DNA of 25,422 bases from a virus (Duplodnaviria; Caudoviricetes). Below, one piece after another: positions 1-8,430 of this stretch. The position numbers and the translations under genes are program-made. The first letter of the stretch is position 1, and every line of letters begins with the position of its first letter. Where the stretch lies: the IMG/VR virus record IMGVR_UViG_3300019886_000099, positions 1 through 25,422 of that record. One strand, written 5' to 3'. Under the pieces are notes generated by a model. It had not been told where the DNA came from and did no database searches. It saw only the letters and a program-made list of their open reading frames with translations.

Positions 1-380
1 AGTACCCAGGCCAGCCAACCCAATTGTGGCACGTGAGAAATAGCGGCAATGGCGGAATCCAGCAGCGAGTCGGAGAGATATCCGAACATGGGAGCGGTCC
101 CGCCCGTCACCGGAATATTGAAACTGATAGGCGAATGAAGAAATTCAAGCGCGTCACTGAATGCCGTTGGGTGTCCCAGCCAGTAATAGAAACCTGCCGA
201 CGTGAACAAAGTACGTACAAGAATCGTGTCATAGTTCTTTACGATAAAAGCCCAGCGAGAATTGATCGGGTTGACAGGGTTGCGGATGGCGAATCCCGCC
301 CGACCCAAAATGCGGATACCGACTCCGACGAAATAGAGCACCCAAAGGATGATCGTTAATTTCAGAATCGGATTCATCAT
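1..380 (-). CDS. Membrane protein, holin candidate (3' end off-window; not in ORF track)
   Basis: Hand translation from ATG at 380 (AAAGAGG upstream): MMNPILKLTIILWVLYFVGVGIRILGRAGFAIRNPVNPINSRWAFIVKNYDTILVRTLFTSAGFYYWLGHP...APMFGYLSDSLLDSAIAAISHVPQLGWLAWV. It is open to the window edge, has 2-3 hydrophobic segments and directly follows the fibre genes. Confidence 0.6.
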   Translation of the reverse strand, partial: MMNPILKLTIILWVLYFVGVGIRILGRAGFAIRNPVNPINSRWAFIVKNYDTILVRTLFTSAGFYYWLGHPTAFSDALEFLHSPISFNIPVTGGTAPMFGYLSDSLLDSAIAAISHVPQLGWLAWV

Positions 381-387
381 AGCCTCT

Positions 388-1785
388 TTAATTCCCCGCT
401 ATCGGAGTGATTTGCAGAAAGCTTGCCTCTTGTGGAGAGAGTGTTCCTGAGACCAGCGACCAGTTCACTTCAGCGGTGGAGTTGGCGTTGCAGAGTGCAA
501 TCAGGCGGAAAGTGACCGTCGCCGACGCCGCATAAGTCTGCGAAGTGATCTCTGCGCCGGCGATGCCGATGAAGCCAGAGCCATTGGCGTTCTGCGCGTT
601 CCCAGAGGCATAGGCTTTGGTGTTGGTCACATCTTCGATTTCCGTGGCACACGCATTCGGCCCTGTCGTGAGCCAAAGCCCAGAACGTAGATCCGCGTGA
701 TAATTCCCCGTGGCCGAAGGGAACGTGACCGATTTGCTGAGCACGATGGCTTGAACGTTTGCGGTAAGACTTACAGGGGCCGCAAGGGAGATCGCTTGTG
801 GCGTACCAATGCCGACTGGGGTCGTACAACTGACTGTCGTTGCTCCGCCCTGCGCATCCGTACAGAGAGCGGACCCTGTACCTGAGACTGTGCCGGCACT
901 CAGGAGATGGGTGTCGGTCCCTTGCATCGCTGTCTGAACTGTTCCCCCATTCAACCGGAAGGCGGAGAAACTTCCATTGTTCGGGGTCACTGACCCGATC
1001 TGGCCGGGATTCTCCCAGTTCCCGCCTTCGAGGAGCGAAACATTCAGGTTGGCAACTTGCGTAGTGGATGCGACAACGAGCGGTGCCGTGCCGGAGGCAA
1101 TCGTAGAGAGGTACTGCGCTGCTGAAACAATAGGACCGTTCCCCATGACGCATGGACCAATGGCTACCGCATTCACTCCATCCCAAACGAAACTCTGCGT
1201 CGTCGTAGCGAAGGCGGCTGAGGCAATCGTACAACCACCAATCGAGTTGGCTGGCCAGGTCCAGGTATGCGAGCCTCCTGAGTCCTGGCTGATCTCGAAG
1301 TAGAGTGTTGCCGGCGCTCCGACCGTTGAAGTAAAAGAATTCGCAACCGTGTTGCCGGTCAAGGTGATTTGGAACAATTGAATCTGTCCCGTAATCACCA
1401 TCGCGCAAGTCCCAATGCAAACCTCGGTCGTAGATTTTGAGAAGAAGCCTCCTGGGGCGTTCTGATCCCGCAAGGCAAACGGCGCTGCCACCTGGGGTCC
1501 ATAGATTTGCACCGTCACCGGGAAAGCTGACGATGGGGCATAGAAGTGGAAATTGCCCAGATTGTCCGCAGTCGTTGTTCCCGGTTGCGTACAAGAGGAA
1601 GTAAAGCTGGTACAGAGAGCAATCAGCGGAGAACAGGGAGCGGAGTTCACATTGGCTGGTTGTGAGCACACCCCGACAGACGCGAAGGGAATCGGCCCAC
1701 GTGGGCCAATGGCGATGGAATCGTAGCGTAAATTTTGTCCAAATACCGGGACAGAGAGAAGCAGCAAGAGCAGCAGTTTTTTCAT
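388..1785 (-). CDS. Fibre/tailspike-like virion protein with N-terminal signal peptide (465 aa)
   Basis: Start re-called to ATG 1785 (AAAAGGAcct upstream): MKKLLLLLLLSVPVFG-Q. Fibre-type motifs TADNLGNFHFYA, ISQDSGGSHTWTWP and STIASGTAPLVVASTTQVANLNVSLLEG; Thr/Ser/Gly/Ala-rich; 12 Cys. Confidence 0.75.
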   Translation of the reverse strand: MKKLLLLLLLSVPVFGQNLRYDSIAIGPRGPIPFASVGVCSQPANVNSAPCSPLIALCTSFTSSCTQPGTTTADNLGNFHFYAPSSAFPVTVQIYGPQVAAPFALRDQNAPGGFFSKSTTEVCIGTCAMVITGQIQLFQITLTGNTVANSFTSTVGAPATLYFEISQDSGGSHTWTWPANSIGGCTIASAAFATTTQSFVWDGVNAVAIGPCVMGNGPIVSAAQYLSTIASGTAPLVVASTTQVANLNVSLLEGGNWENPGQIGSVTPNNGSFSAFRLNGGTVQTAMQGTDTHLLSAGTVSGTGSALCTDAQGGATTVSCTTPVGIGTPQAISLAAPVSLTANVQAIVLSKSVTFPSATGNYHADLRSGLWLTTGPNACATEIEDVTNTKAYASGNAQNANGSGFIGIAGAEITSQTYAASATVTFRLIALCNANSTAEVNWSLVSGTLSPQEASFLQITPIAGN

Positions 1786-1828
1786 AGGTCCTTTTAGGTG
1801 GGTGCGCTCGAAGGTCATGGGTGGCCGA

Positions 1829-2131
1829 TCAAGTCCCATGCACCAGGGCCACGAATGTGAAGTTAAGGCCCACCGTGGTCGGCAGTTCCAGATTGTCAAA
1901 CATCGCTTGCGAGAAAAATTCTTGCGAATTGAGGAGCACCTTGCCGCCGACGAGCTGCGGGTTGACCTGCGGATTGGCATTGTAGGACTTCAGGAAGACG
2001 ACGCTCTGCAACGCGCCAGCGAGTCCGAGTTCCGCAAGCGTGAAGGCTTCACCGCCGTGGGGATAGTCCACGATAGTGACTTCCACCAGCGCCGAGTTGC
2101 CGAGATTGACTTTTCTAAGTGTGTGACTCAA
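1829..2131 (-). CDS. Small beta-rich structural protein, decoration/cement-like; paralog of 14733-15119
   Basis: Probable TTG start at 2131 overlapping the upstream TGA. Motif VEVTIVDYPHGGEAFTLAELGL matches VEVTAGTGDYLAGGYAFGSAQL of the gene downstream of the capsid. Confidence 0.6.
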   Translation of the reverse strand: MSHTLRKVNLGNSALVEVTIVDYPHGGEAFTLAELGLAGALQSVVFLKSYNANPQVNPQLVGGKVLLNSQEFFSQAMFDNLELPTTVGLNFTFVALVHGT

Positions 2132-3405
2132 TTCGGCACCAGCTCGATCGCCACGTTCGCCCAAACCGGGGTACTCGTTCCAGTTACTGAGCATGTTTCC
2201 GCGCCGAGTCCGGCCTGGGTATTGTCCACAATTGCGATGCCGCGGATCGTCGCTGTTGAAGCCTGGTGACTTCGCAGATTGCCTACGTTCGCGCTTACGT
2301 CCGCGGTGTTCGCGAAGTACCCGAAGCCCGCGACCATGAAGCTATTCGCGACGGTTGGGGTCAAGGAGATACTCCCGGCATTTGTCGCAAGCTGCGTGAC
2401 AGCAACGGGAGTTGCGCCAAAGGTACTCTTCACTCCGGTATAAGTAGCGGCTGTAAAACTGAAGGCATGCGAGGAAGAGGACAAAACGTTGAATCCCGTC
2501 GCAGCGTTGCGCGCATTGATGCAAACGTAGACGCTCGTGATCCCCGTGTTCGTAGCAAAGATGCTCGTCAACAGGAAGCTGTAGGGATTCCCACCGTTGT
2601 CGGTGATCCGATATACCTCGACTGCCGTCGAATCGTTGATCATGACGACGACAGTGTCTCCTCTGTTTATGACCAGGGGAGTTAAGACCGTCGACAAAGT
2701 GCCCGCAGTAACCTTTGCGCCAGCGACCGCATTCCCGAAAGCAATTCCCCCCGTCGCATTCGAGAGCGGCATCTGCGGCCATGTTGCGATCCCGGAAATA
2801 TTCGTGAACGCTGGTTGCGTCGAGCTAGGCACGCCTGAAGTGGAGATGGCGTTGATCCACTGATTCGAGACCGCGGCATAGCTTTCAATTCCGCCGAGTG
2901 TGGAAGCTGTGGGGTTCGGAAGCTGGGAAGCGGCCACGCTGCCGGAGATGTCTGTAAAGGCTAGTTGCGCCGCCGTGACGGCTGCCCCCACGCTCGTTTG
3001 CTTCAGGACGAATGAAGCCCCGCCCGTGCCCGACAGATCTGCATTGGTCCCGCCCCTGGCTAAGGCAAGTTGTCCCGACGTGATGATCGAAGCGGGAAGG
3101 TTCGGGATCTGCGCAACGGAAGCCGATCCGGAGAGGTCGGTGAACGCCAACTGCGCCACGGTGAATGCCGCGCCTGCGCTCGATTGACGAACGACCTGCG
3201 AAGCTCCGCCGGTAGCCGATAAGTCTGCGTTGGTTCCGCCCCGCGCCAGGGCAAGTTGTCCGCTGGTGATCTGCGATGCCGGGAGGTTGGGCACGCTGGC
3301 CAGAGGCAAGAGGCCGCGAACCTGCGTCGAGAGATCAATCTGCGTGATAAAGGCGACGCTGAGAAGCGCGGCCACCACTGCGACAATGAGATATTTGCGG
3401 GTCAC
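2128..3405 (-). CDS. Tail-fibre-like protein with signal peptide/anchor and two 62-aa repeats (425 aa)
   Basis: Probable GTG start at 3405, right after the upstream TAA: MTRKYLIVAVVAALLSVA-FITQIDLSTQVRG. Repeats of PNLPAS.ITSGQLALARGGTNADLS.TGGAS, then a beta-rich C-terminal tip domain with 2 Cys. Confidence 0.75.
   Translation of the reverse strand: MTRKYLIVAVVAALLSVAFITQIDLSTQVRGLLPLASVPNLPASQITSGQLALARGGTNADLSATGGASQVVRQSSAGAAFTVAQLAFTDLSGSASVAQIPNLPASIITSGQLALARGGTNADLSGTGGASFVLKQTSVGAAVTAAQLAFTDISGSVAASQLPNPTASTLGGIESYAAVSNQWINAISTSGVPSSTQPAFTNISGIATWPQMPLSNATGGIAFGNAVAGAKVTAGTLSTVLTPLVINRGDTVVVMINDSTAVEVYRITDNGGNPYSFLLTSIFATNTGITSVYVCINARNAATGFNVLSSSSHAFSFTAATYTGVKSTFGATPVAVTQLATNAGSISLTPTVANSFMVAGFGYFANTADVSANVGNLRSHQASTATIRGIAIVDNTQAGLGAETCSVTGTSTPVWANVAIELVPN
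2923..3294 (-). repeat. Two tandem 186-nt (62-aa) coding repeats
   Basis: VPNLPASQITSGQLALARGGTNADLSATGGASQVVRQSSAGAAFTVAQLAFTDLSGSASVAQ followed by IPNLPASIITSGQLALARGGTNADLSGTGGASFVLKQTSVGAAVTAAQLAFTDISGSVAASQ, with many synonymous differences. Confidence 0.9.
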
Positions 3406-3406
3406 G

Positions 3407-4516
3407 TTAATAGCGGTACCAGGCGAGAAGCGTCGAGCCCGTCGTGGGCGCGGAAACGAAGGTGATCGTGCTGCCCGCCAGCGTGTAGTCCGCCCCGCTG
3501 GGTTTTTGCAGCAAGCCATTGTAGAAGAGGGTGAGGCTTGTGGCGGGACTCGGCGAATGCGCCAGCGTGAAGATTAGATTGGCGGAATTGATCGTGCCAC
3601 CAGGCGTCTCTTCGTCGGCGAAGTTGATGGTTGCCGGAAGCGCGGAAGCTAAAACCACAGCACCCGCTCCAACTGTGCCATTGGTGAGATCGGAAGCGCT
3701 GGGTTGCCCTACACTAACATTCGCCCCGGCGGCGGACTGCTTAAGAAATTGACTTGTTCCGCCCGTTAGCGAGAGGTCGGCATCCGTGCCGCCGTGCGCC
3801 AGTGGGACTAAAGCTTCTCCGCCAAACACTCCCGCATTGTTGAATTGAATGTCGCCATTGACTCCTCCTGGAGCTGAAGCTGTAGGCCCTGGCGTGGCTC
3901 CCGACCTCCCGCCGCCACCTCCGCCACCCGCCGAACCTGGGCCTGACCCAGCCACGATGCCTGAGGTCCCTACAATCGAGGCAAGGGGAATGTGTTCTCG
4001 CAGGATCTGGATTTGCTGCGCTTTGATGCTATAAGCCGTGAATGCTACAGGAGGACTTCCCACAGAAACATTGGGGATGGTGACAAATCGAACCAGCTTG
4101 TTGATGTCGTCCCAATAGGGGTAAAAGAAGTACCGTGTTGCTGCGACGAGGCCCGTCACCAGGAAGGGAGAACCAACGATGGTCGGTCCCACAACCGTAT
4201 CGTCGTCGCGGTAGATCGTGAGGTCCTGAGAACTGTTGGTCCCGTCCCAATAGAACGTGATTGAAGTTCCTGCGGCGTTGTAAGTGATGGCCGTGGTGAC
4301 TGAGCTTGGCCTGCCCCCAAGCGAGATGAACTGAGCCGTCGTGGGATTGATGATGTCAGGCCCAAAAGAGTAGGCGCTAGAGGCTGGTGGAACGTTAGCT
4401 TGGCCAAGCAACTGATTCAATTGCGTCAGCATGTAGTCAAGACATTGTTTCGATTGCCCGCCAAGATTCGGGTCGTGTGGAAATTGCGACCACGGCTTTG
4501 ATCTTGGGGGTGCCAC
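3407..4516 (-). CDS. Tail-associated/fibre protein (369 aa) with beta-sandwich domain, poly-Gly linker and fibre motifs
   Basis: GTG start overlapping the upstream TAG. Contains a GSAGGGGGGGR linker, PGGVNGDIQFNNAGVFGG, one copy of the LA.GGT.ADLS.TGG.S repeat, and a C-terminal ETPGGTINSANLIFTL...NGLLQ...DYTLAGSTITFVSAP domain. No signal peptide. Confidence 0.7.
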   Translation of the reverse strand: MAPPRSKPWSQFPHDPNLGGQSKQCLDYMLTQLNQLLGQANVPPASSAYSFGPDIINPTTAQFISLGGRPSSVTTAITYNAAGTSITFYWDGTNSSQDLTIYRDDDTVVGPTIVGSPFLVTGLVAATRYFFYPYWDDINKLVRFVTIPNVSVGSPPVAFTAYSIKAQQIQILREHIPLASIVGTSGIVAGSGPGSAGGGGGGGRSGATPGPTASAPGGVNGDIQFNNAGVFGGEALVPLAHGGTDADLSLTGGTSQFLKQSAAGANVSVGQPSASDLTNGTVGAGAVVLASALPATINFADEETPGGTINSANLIFTLAHSPSPATSLTLFYNGLLQKPSGADYTLAGSTITFVSAPTTGSTLLAWYRY

Positions 4517-6684
4517 TATCCTTTCCTCGTCTTGATTTTCTCAATATCTGCCGCCTTACGTTCTTTGGATCTCTTGCCACCCGCCTGCTGTTCCTCGAAT
4601 CCGCTTCTGCGAGCGACGGCCTGCGACCTTTCCCCCGTAGTTTTGGCGTTATCAATCGCGTATTGCTGATTCTCGCGGATCTGGCGGAGTCGTTCGGCCT
4701 TCTCGGCTTTCGGGTCCACGTTGTCCACGCCGCGTTCCCGAACCAAATTGCTGTCTTCAGCTGATTTCTTGGCTGGAGCGTTCTCGCGCTTGGCGGCTTC
4801 CATCAACTGCTGGGAAACGGTCCAGTCAGGATGTTCGGCCTTGACCTGATCGTAGAAGCCACCGCTATAGGCCGCAGCGGCTGCTGTATTGCCTTGCGGA
4901 GGGCTGGATGGTCCTGAGGGGCCTCTTGGGGTCTCGGAGGCTCCTGAGGGTGAATCAGGGCCAAAATCGTCTCCCATGGGGGTGGTGCGCGTCTGGAACT
5001 TCTCCGGCGAGAGTTCGGACTGCAAGCGGCCGCCAATCTCACCGGCAGCGCCCTTCGCAATCCTGCCTACATTCCAGGAAGCTACTCCAGCGCCAGCGAT
5101 CTGTGGCAACGGGAAGGGCAACCCTACCCCATGCGCAGCGGCCATGGTTACCAGTCCTGGCCACGCTTGCTTCGGATGAGCCTGAAGCATCCGGTAGACC
5201 CCGGCAGCAAACTTCCCGCTAACGGCATCGTGCGCCGAAGTCAAGGCGGTAGCGTCTTTCTGCGATTTTCCTAGTTGCTCGGCAAGCTGCGGATTTCCGG
5301 TTTGCCGCATCTGCTGCTGGATTTCTTTGATGTTGCCTGAGGAAAAGTCTTTCAGCGGCTTAATGGAGGAGTTGGGGTCCTGTCCTTGAAGTTTGTCCAG
5401 CATTCCGCCAGCAACGCCTTTATCGAGTTCAAACGACATCTTGTGCCGGTTGTTGTAGAAGTCGAAGCGTTTGGAGTTGCCTTCAAGATCGGTAACGCGG
5501 TCCTTCATCGCCTGCGTGAGCTGATCGTAGGCGGAGGAGAAAACGGCTTTCGATTCAGGAGCTGCGTTACGACCAAAGGCTACCCGGCCGACAGCGGTGC
5601 GCAGAAGCTTGGCTTCCTCGAGCGAAAGATGGGTAGTCGGATCGTCAGTCAGCCCTTGCTGCTGCAATTCCTGATCCCAGATTCCCCGGCCGGGCGCTTG
5701 GGATTCAATATCGGCTTTGGCGTCAGCGGAACTCTTATACCCTCGGCCTTGCGCATACTGATCGGCAGCCGAAACGCCCTGCATTTTCTGAAGCAATTTG
5801 GCTTCTGCTGGTTTTGGAGTGTACCCCGTCTTCGCAATCGTCTTCGCCGCTTCGCTGATGGCTCCGGCTGTGGAAATCGCTGGCTGACCTGAGGCATTGT
5901 CTTTGTCTACCACTGGCTGGAGCGCGTCGGAAGCCTGTTTTTCCAAAGCTGCTTTGTGAGTGATGACCGCATCTCGAACTTTGTTGTAAAGTCCTACCCC
6001 ATTCTTCTCAATTGCTTCTTTGGATTGGTTGGTCTGCTTGACCCTCTGAAACTCCCTACCCGATTGAGACAGTTCCTCATAAGGCGACTCGCCGCGAACG
6101 GTCCTGCGAATGCCCAGCAGACCCATCGACGCGCCAAGAACCATATGGGTTCCAAGCCGCTCGACTTCTCCCCAATCCTTAGCGTCTGCCGCCTCCCTGA
6201 GGGGCGCGTAGTTATCGTAAGCCCCTTTGAGAACCTGAGCGCTAAACACGCCGCCCAGAGCCCGCCCAATCGCTTGAGGGGCCGGCCCTGCGGTCAATCC
6301 CGTCAGCATTGCGTTCTCAGGGGTTGTCATCCCCCCTAAAAACTCTCCCGCACCGGTCGCGATTGGATGCGCTTGCCGTTCGGCGGGGGTCATAGCCCGT
6401 TCTGGAGCGATAGCTTGCTGGGTGTCCATTCCCGGCAGGGGTTTGGCTACTGCGGCGGCTGTCGAAGGAGTCGTTAACCCCAGACTCGCTCCTGCTTGCC
6501 CAAGTCCAGTTTCTACGCGATCAATAATCGGGAGCGCAGATTTGACTCGCTCCCACGCGCTAGGTTCGTGAGATCCAATCGTGGTCTCGCCCGGTTTCGG
6601 AGTGTAGGTCTTAGCGGGCGGAGTTTCCTCTACCGGCGTGAAGCCTGCCGACTCGTCAACTGGAGTGAAGCCAGGGGTAGCCAT
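4516..6684 (-). CDS. Large internal virion/DNA-ejection-type protein (722 aa)
   Basis: Ala/Gly/Gln/Lys-rich helical composition with Gly-rich amphipathic stretches and an N-terminal GFTPVDE/GFTPVEE repeat. Position is that of podoviral ejection proteins (P22 gp16/gp20-like slot). Confidence 0.6.
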   Translation of the reverse strand: MATPGFTPVDESAGFTPVEETPPAKTYTPKPGETTIGSHEPSAWERVKSALPIIDRVETGLGQAGASLGLTTPSTAAAVAKPLPGMDTQQAIAPERAMTPAERQAHPIATGAGEFLGGMTTPENAMLTGLTAGPAPQAIGRALGGVFSAQVLKGAYDNYAPLREAADAKDWGEVERLGTHMVLGASMGLLGIRRTVRGESPYEELSQSGREFQRVKQTNQSKEAIEKNGVGLYNKVRDAVITHKAALEKQASDALQPVVDKDNASGQPAISTAGAISEAAKTIAKTGYTPKPAEAKLLQKMQGVSAADQYAQGRGYKSSADAKADIESQAPGRGIWDQELQQQGLTDDPTTHLSLEEAKLLRTAVGRVAFGRNAAPESKAVFSSAYDQLTQAMKDRVTDLEGNSKRFDFYNNRHKMSFELDKGVAGGMLDKLQGQDPNSSIKPLKDFSSGNIKEIQQQMRQTGNPQLAEQLGKSQKDATALTSAHDAVSGKFAAGVYRMLQAHPKQAWPGLVTMAAAHGVGLPFPLPQIAGAGVASWNVGRIAKGAAGEIGGRLQSELSPEKFQTRTTPMGDDFGPDSPSGASETPRGPSGPSSPPQGNTAAAAAYSGGFYDQVKAEHPDWTVSQQLMEAAKRENAPAKKSAEDSNLVRERGVDNVDPKAEKAERLRQIRENQQYAIDNAKTTGERSQAVARRSGFEEQQAGGKRSKERKAADIEKIKTRKG

Positions 6685-7728
6685 TTATTTGCTTAGTGAC
6701 CAGCCACTTGGCAGAGGGGCACTACCGTCTGCTTTGTGCGGTTTTCCTGCGGGATCGTAGACCACCGTCCCAGCAGGAACCGGTTTTGCTCCACGTGGAG
6801 CATTTTGGTGGGGAGCGGCCTTAACCGCTGATTTTGTCGGTTGGGCCCCGGCGGCCGCCTGAATATCGGGCCGGATTCCGATGAAGTCCAAAAATGGATG
6901 TGTCTTAACCCAGTCGTCTTGCGCTGCTGCGGAGCGAACATCTTCCTGCCCCTGGATGCGGGCGGAGTTCTCGTCCTGCCCAGCATCAATTCTGGCCTGT
7001 GCTGTCTTAATTACCGCCTGATCGAACCACTGTTTTGCCTTTAGCTGCTGTTCACCAAGAGAGAGCCTGTCCCAGCCCTGCTTCAGCCGCTGCAATCCCT
7101 GGGTTTCCTGCACAGCCTGCCGCTTGGCGTTGGTGTCCGCATTCTTCGTCGAGGCTGCCGCGCGCGTCAGTGACGCCTCCGCCATGATGGGCTTGGAAAC
7201 CATTCCCGAAGCAGCGCCTTCCGCCGTACCCTCATCGCCAAACTGCTTCTGCAAAGATTCGATTTGCGCAGCTTTCGCAGCAGTCTTGGTTCTGTACCGT
7301 TCCTGTCCTGGCCCGTACACGCCTTCCTGGATAGCCTGCCCTGGACCGCTAGAAGAAAGCCCCAGGAGCAGCGCTTTCCCGATATCTCCCAGCAGGTTCC
7401 CGGCATCGTGACCAAAGCCCTGACCTTTGACGGGAGCCATTTTCATCCAAGGCTCATCCATCAACCCACGTTTCGGCTGATTCGCTGGGTCGGCCATGGT
7501 TTGCTGTTCCCCGCGGGCCTGTTGGAGTTGCTGCGCGAGTTGCTGTCTTCGGGCTTCGTCCGAGGAGAAAGCTTGTCCTCCCATCTGCGAGTTTTGAATC
7601 ATGGACTGCATCATCGGATCGCCCGTCATGGGGTCGATGGGGGGCGGCGGAGCGACAGGGTTGGTCTGCGGCATTACGCCGGTATCGCCGTAGGTCATCG
7701 GATCATCTTGCATTTGGTTGAGCGCCAT
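6685..7728 (-). CDS. Internal virion/ejection-type protein (347 aa)
   Basis: TAGGAG RBS upstream. Gln/Ala/Met-rich coiled-coil character with an amphipathic GNLLGDIGKALLLGL segment; lies in the ejection-protein cluster. Confidence 0.6.
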   Translation of the reverse strand: MALNQMQDDPMTYGDTGVMPQTNPVAPPPPIDPMTGDPMMQSMIQNSQMGGQAFSSDEARRQQLAQQLQQARGEQQTMADPANQPKRGLMDEPWMKMAPVKGQGFGHDAGNLLGDIGKALLLGLSSSGPGQAIQEGVYGPGQERYRTKTAAKAAQIESLQKQFGDEGTAEGAASGMVSKPIMAEASLTRAAASTKNADTNAKRQAVQETQGLQRLKQGWDRLSLGEQQLKAKQWFDQAVIKTAQARIDAGQDENSARIQGQEDVRSAAAQDDWVKTHPFLDFIGIRPDIQAAAGAQPTKSAVKAAPHQNAPRGAKPVPAGTVVYDPAGKPHKADGSAPLPSGWSLSK

Positions 7729-7737
7729 TGGGGTCTC

Positions 7738-8430
7738 CTAGAATTTCTTCTGCATCGTGAATACGGAGCCAATCCCGCTGGCAATATCTTTGAAGTTCTG
7801 AATCCCCGAGGTACCTGCCGCCGGGGTTGTGCCCAGCGACGTTCCCTGTAAGAGTTGCGTGGGGTTAAACAAACTGGCCATCGAAGCCATTCCAGAAGCC
7901 CCTTGCGCTTGCAGGTTTTCGTTCTGGAATAGGTTCTGCAAATACTGCTCTGCGAGACTTTGGGCTCCTTGCTGATTCATCCCGCCAACCATGGCCGCGC
8001 GGGCTCCTGAAGGCGCTGCGCCGTACCCTGAAGCATTCAACTGCTGATTGGCCATGCCCATCGCGTTCTGATTCTGCTGGTTACCTTGCTGGAAAGCCTC
8101 TTGCTGTTTCTGCTTGTAGTAAGGCGAACCGAGATCCATCAGGTTCTTGTAATAGTCTGCCGCCTGACCTCCGTATTGCCCCATCAAATTCGCGAACTGC
8201 GGAGCCAGTTGGTTCTTGAACTGACCGGCAACCACATTGTCCAGCATCAGATTCTTGTTCAGCGAACCGGTAGAACCGAAGTCACCAAGGTTTCCTGGGT
8301 TGGCTCCGGGCCCGCCGCCAAACGAGCCATGCTCTCCCTGACCGTAATTTGGGTCTAGCGTGATGGGATTTGTAGCTGGCATGGGATTACCCCAACTGCT
8401 GCCCGTGAGAGGATTTCCTGCGGTAGCCAT
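7738..8430 (-). CDS. DNA transfer/pilot-type internal virion protein (230 aa)
   Basis: Start re-called to ATG 8430 (TAATG overlap, GAAGGGG RBS). Gln/Gly/Asn/Met-rich with a Gly-rich amphipathic C-terminus, as in P22 gp7-like proteins. Confidence 0.6.
   Translation of the reverse strand: MATAGNPLTGSSWGNPMPATNPITLDPNYGQGEHGSFGGGPGANPGNLGDFGSTGSLNKNLMLDNVVAGQFKNQLAPQFANLMGQYGGQAADYYKNLMDLGSPYYKQKQQEAFQQGNQQNQNAMGMANQQLNASGYGAAPSGARAAMVGGMNQQGAQSLAEQYLQNLFQNENLQAQGASGMASMASLFNPTQLLQGTSLGTTPAAGTSGIQNFKDIASGIGSVFTMQKKF

Noticed and set aside
24-359. Plus-strand 111-aa ORF
   Set aside because: Antisense shadow of the minus-strand membrane gene 1-380, which has an RBS and fits the operon direction.
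470-1669. 399-aa same-strand alternative-frame ORF inside the fibre gene
   Set aside because: Arg/Leu/Cys/His-rich composition typical of an off-frame reading of a GC-rich Thr/Ala/Gly gene; no RBS and no motifs.
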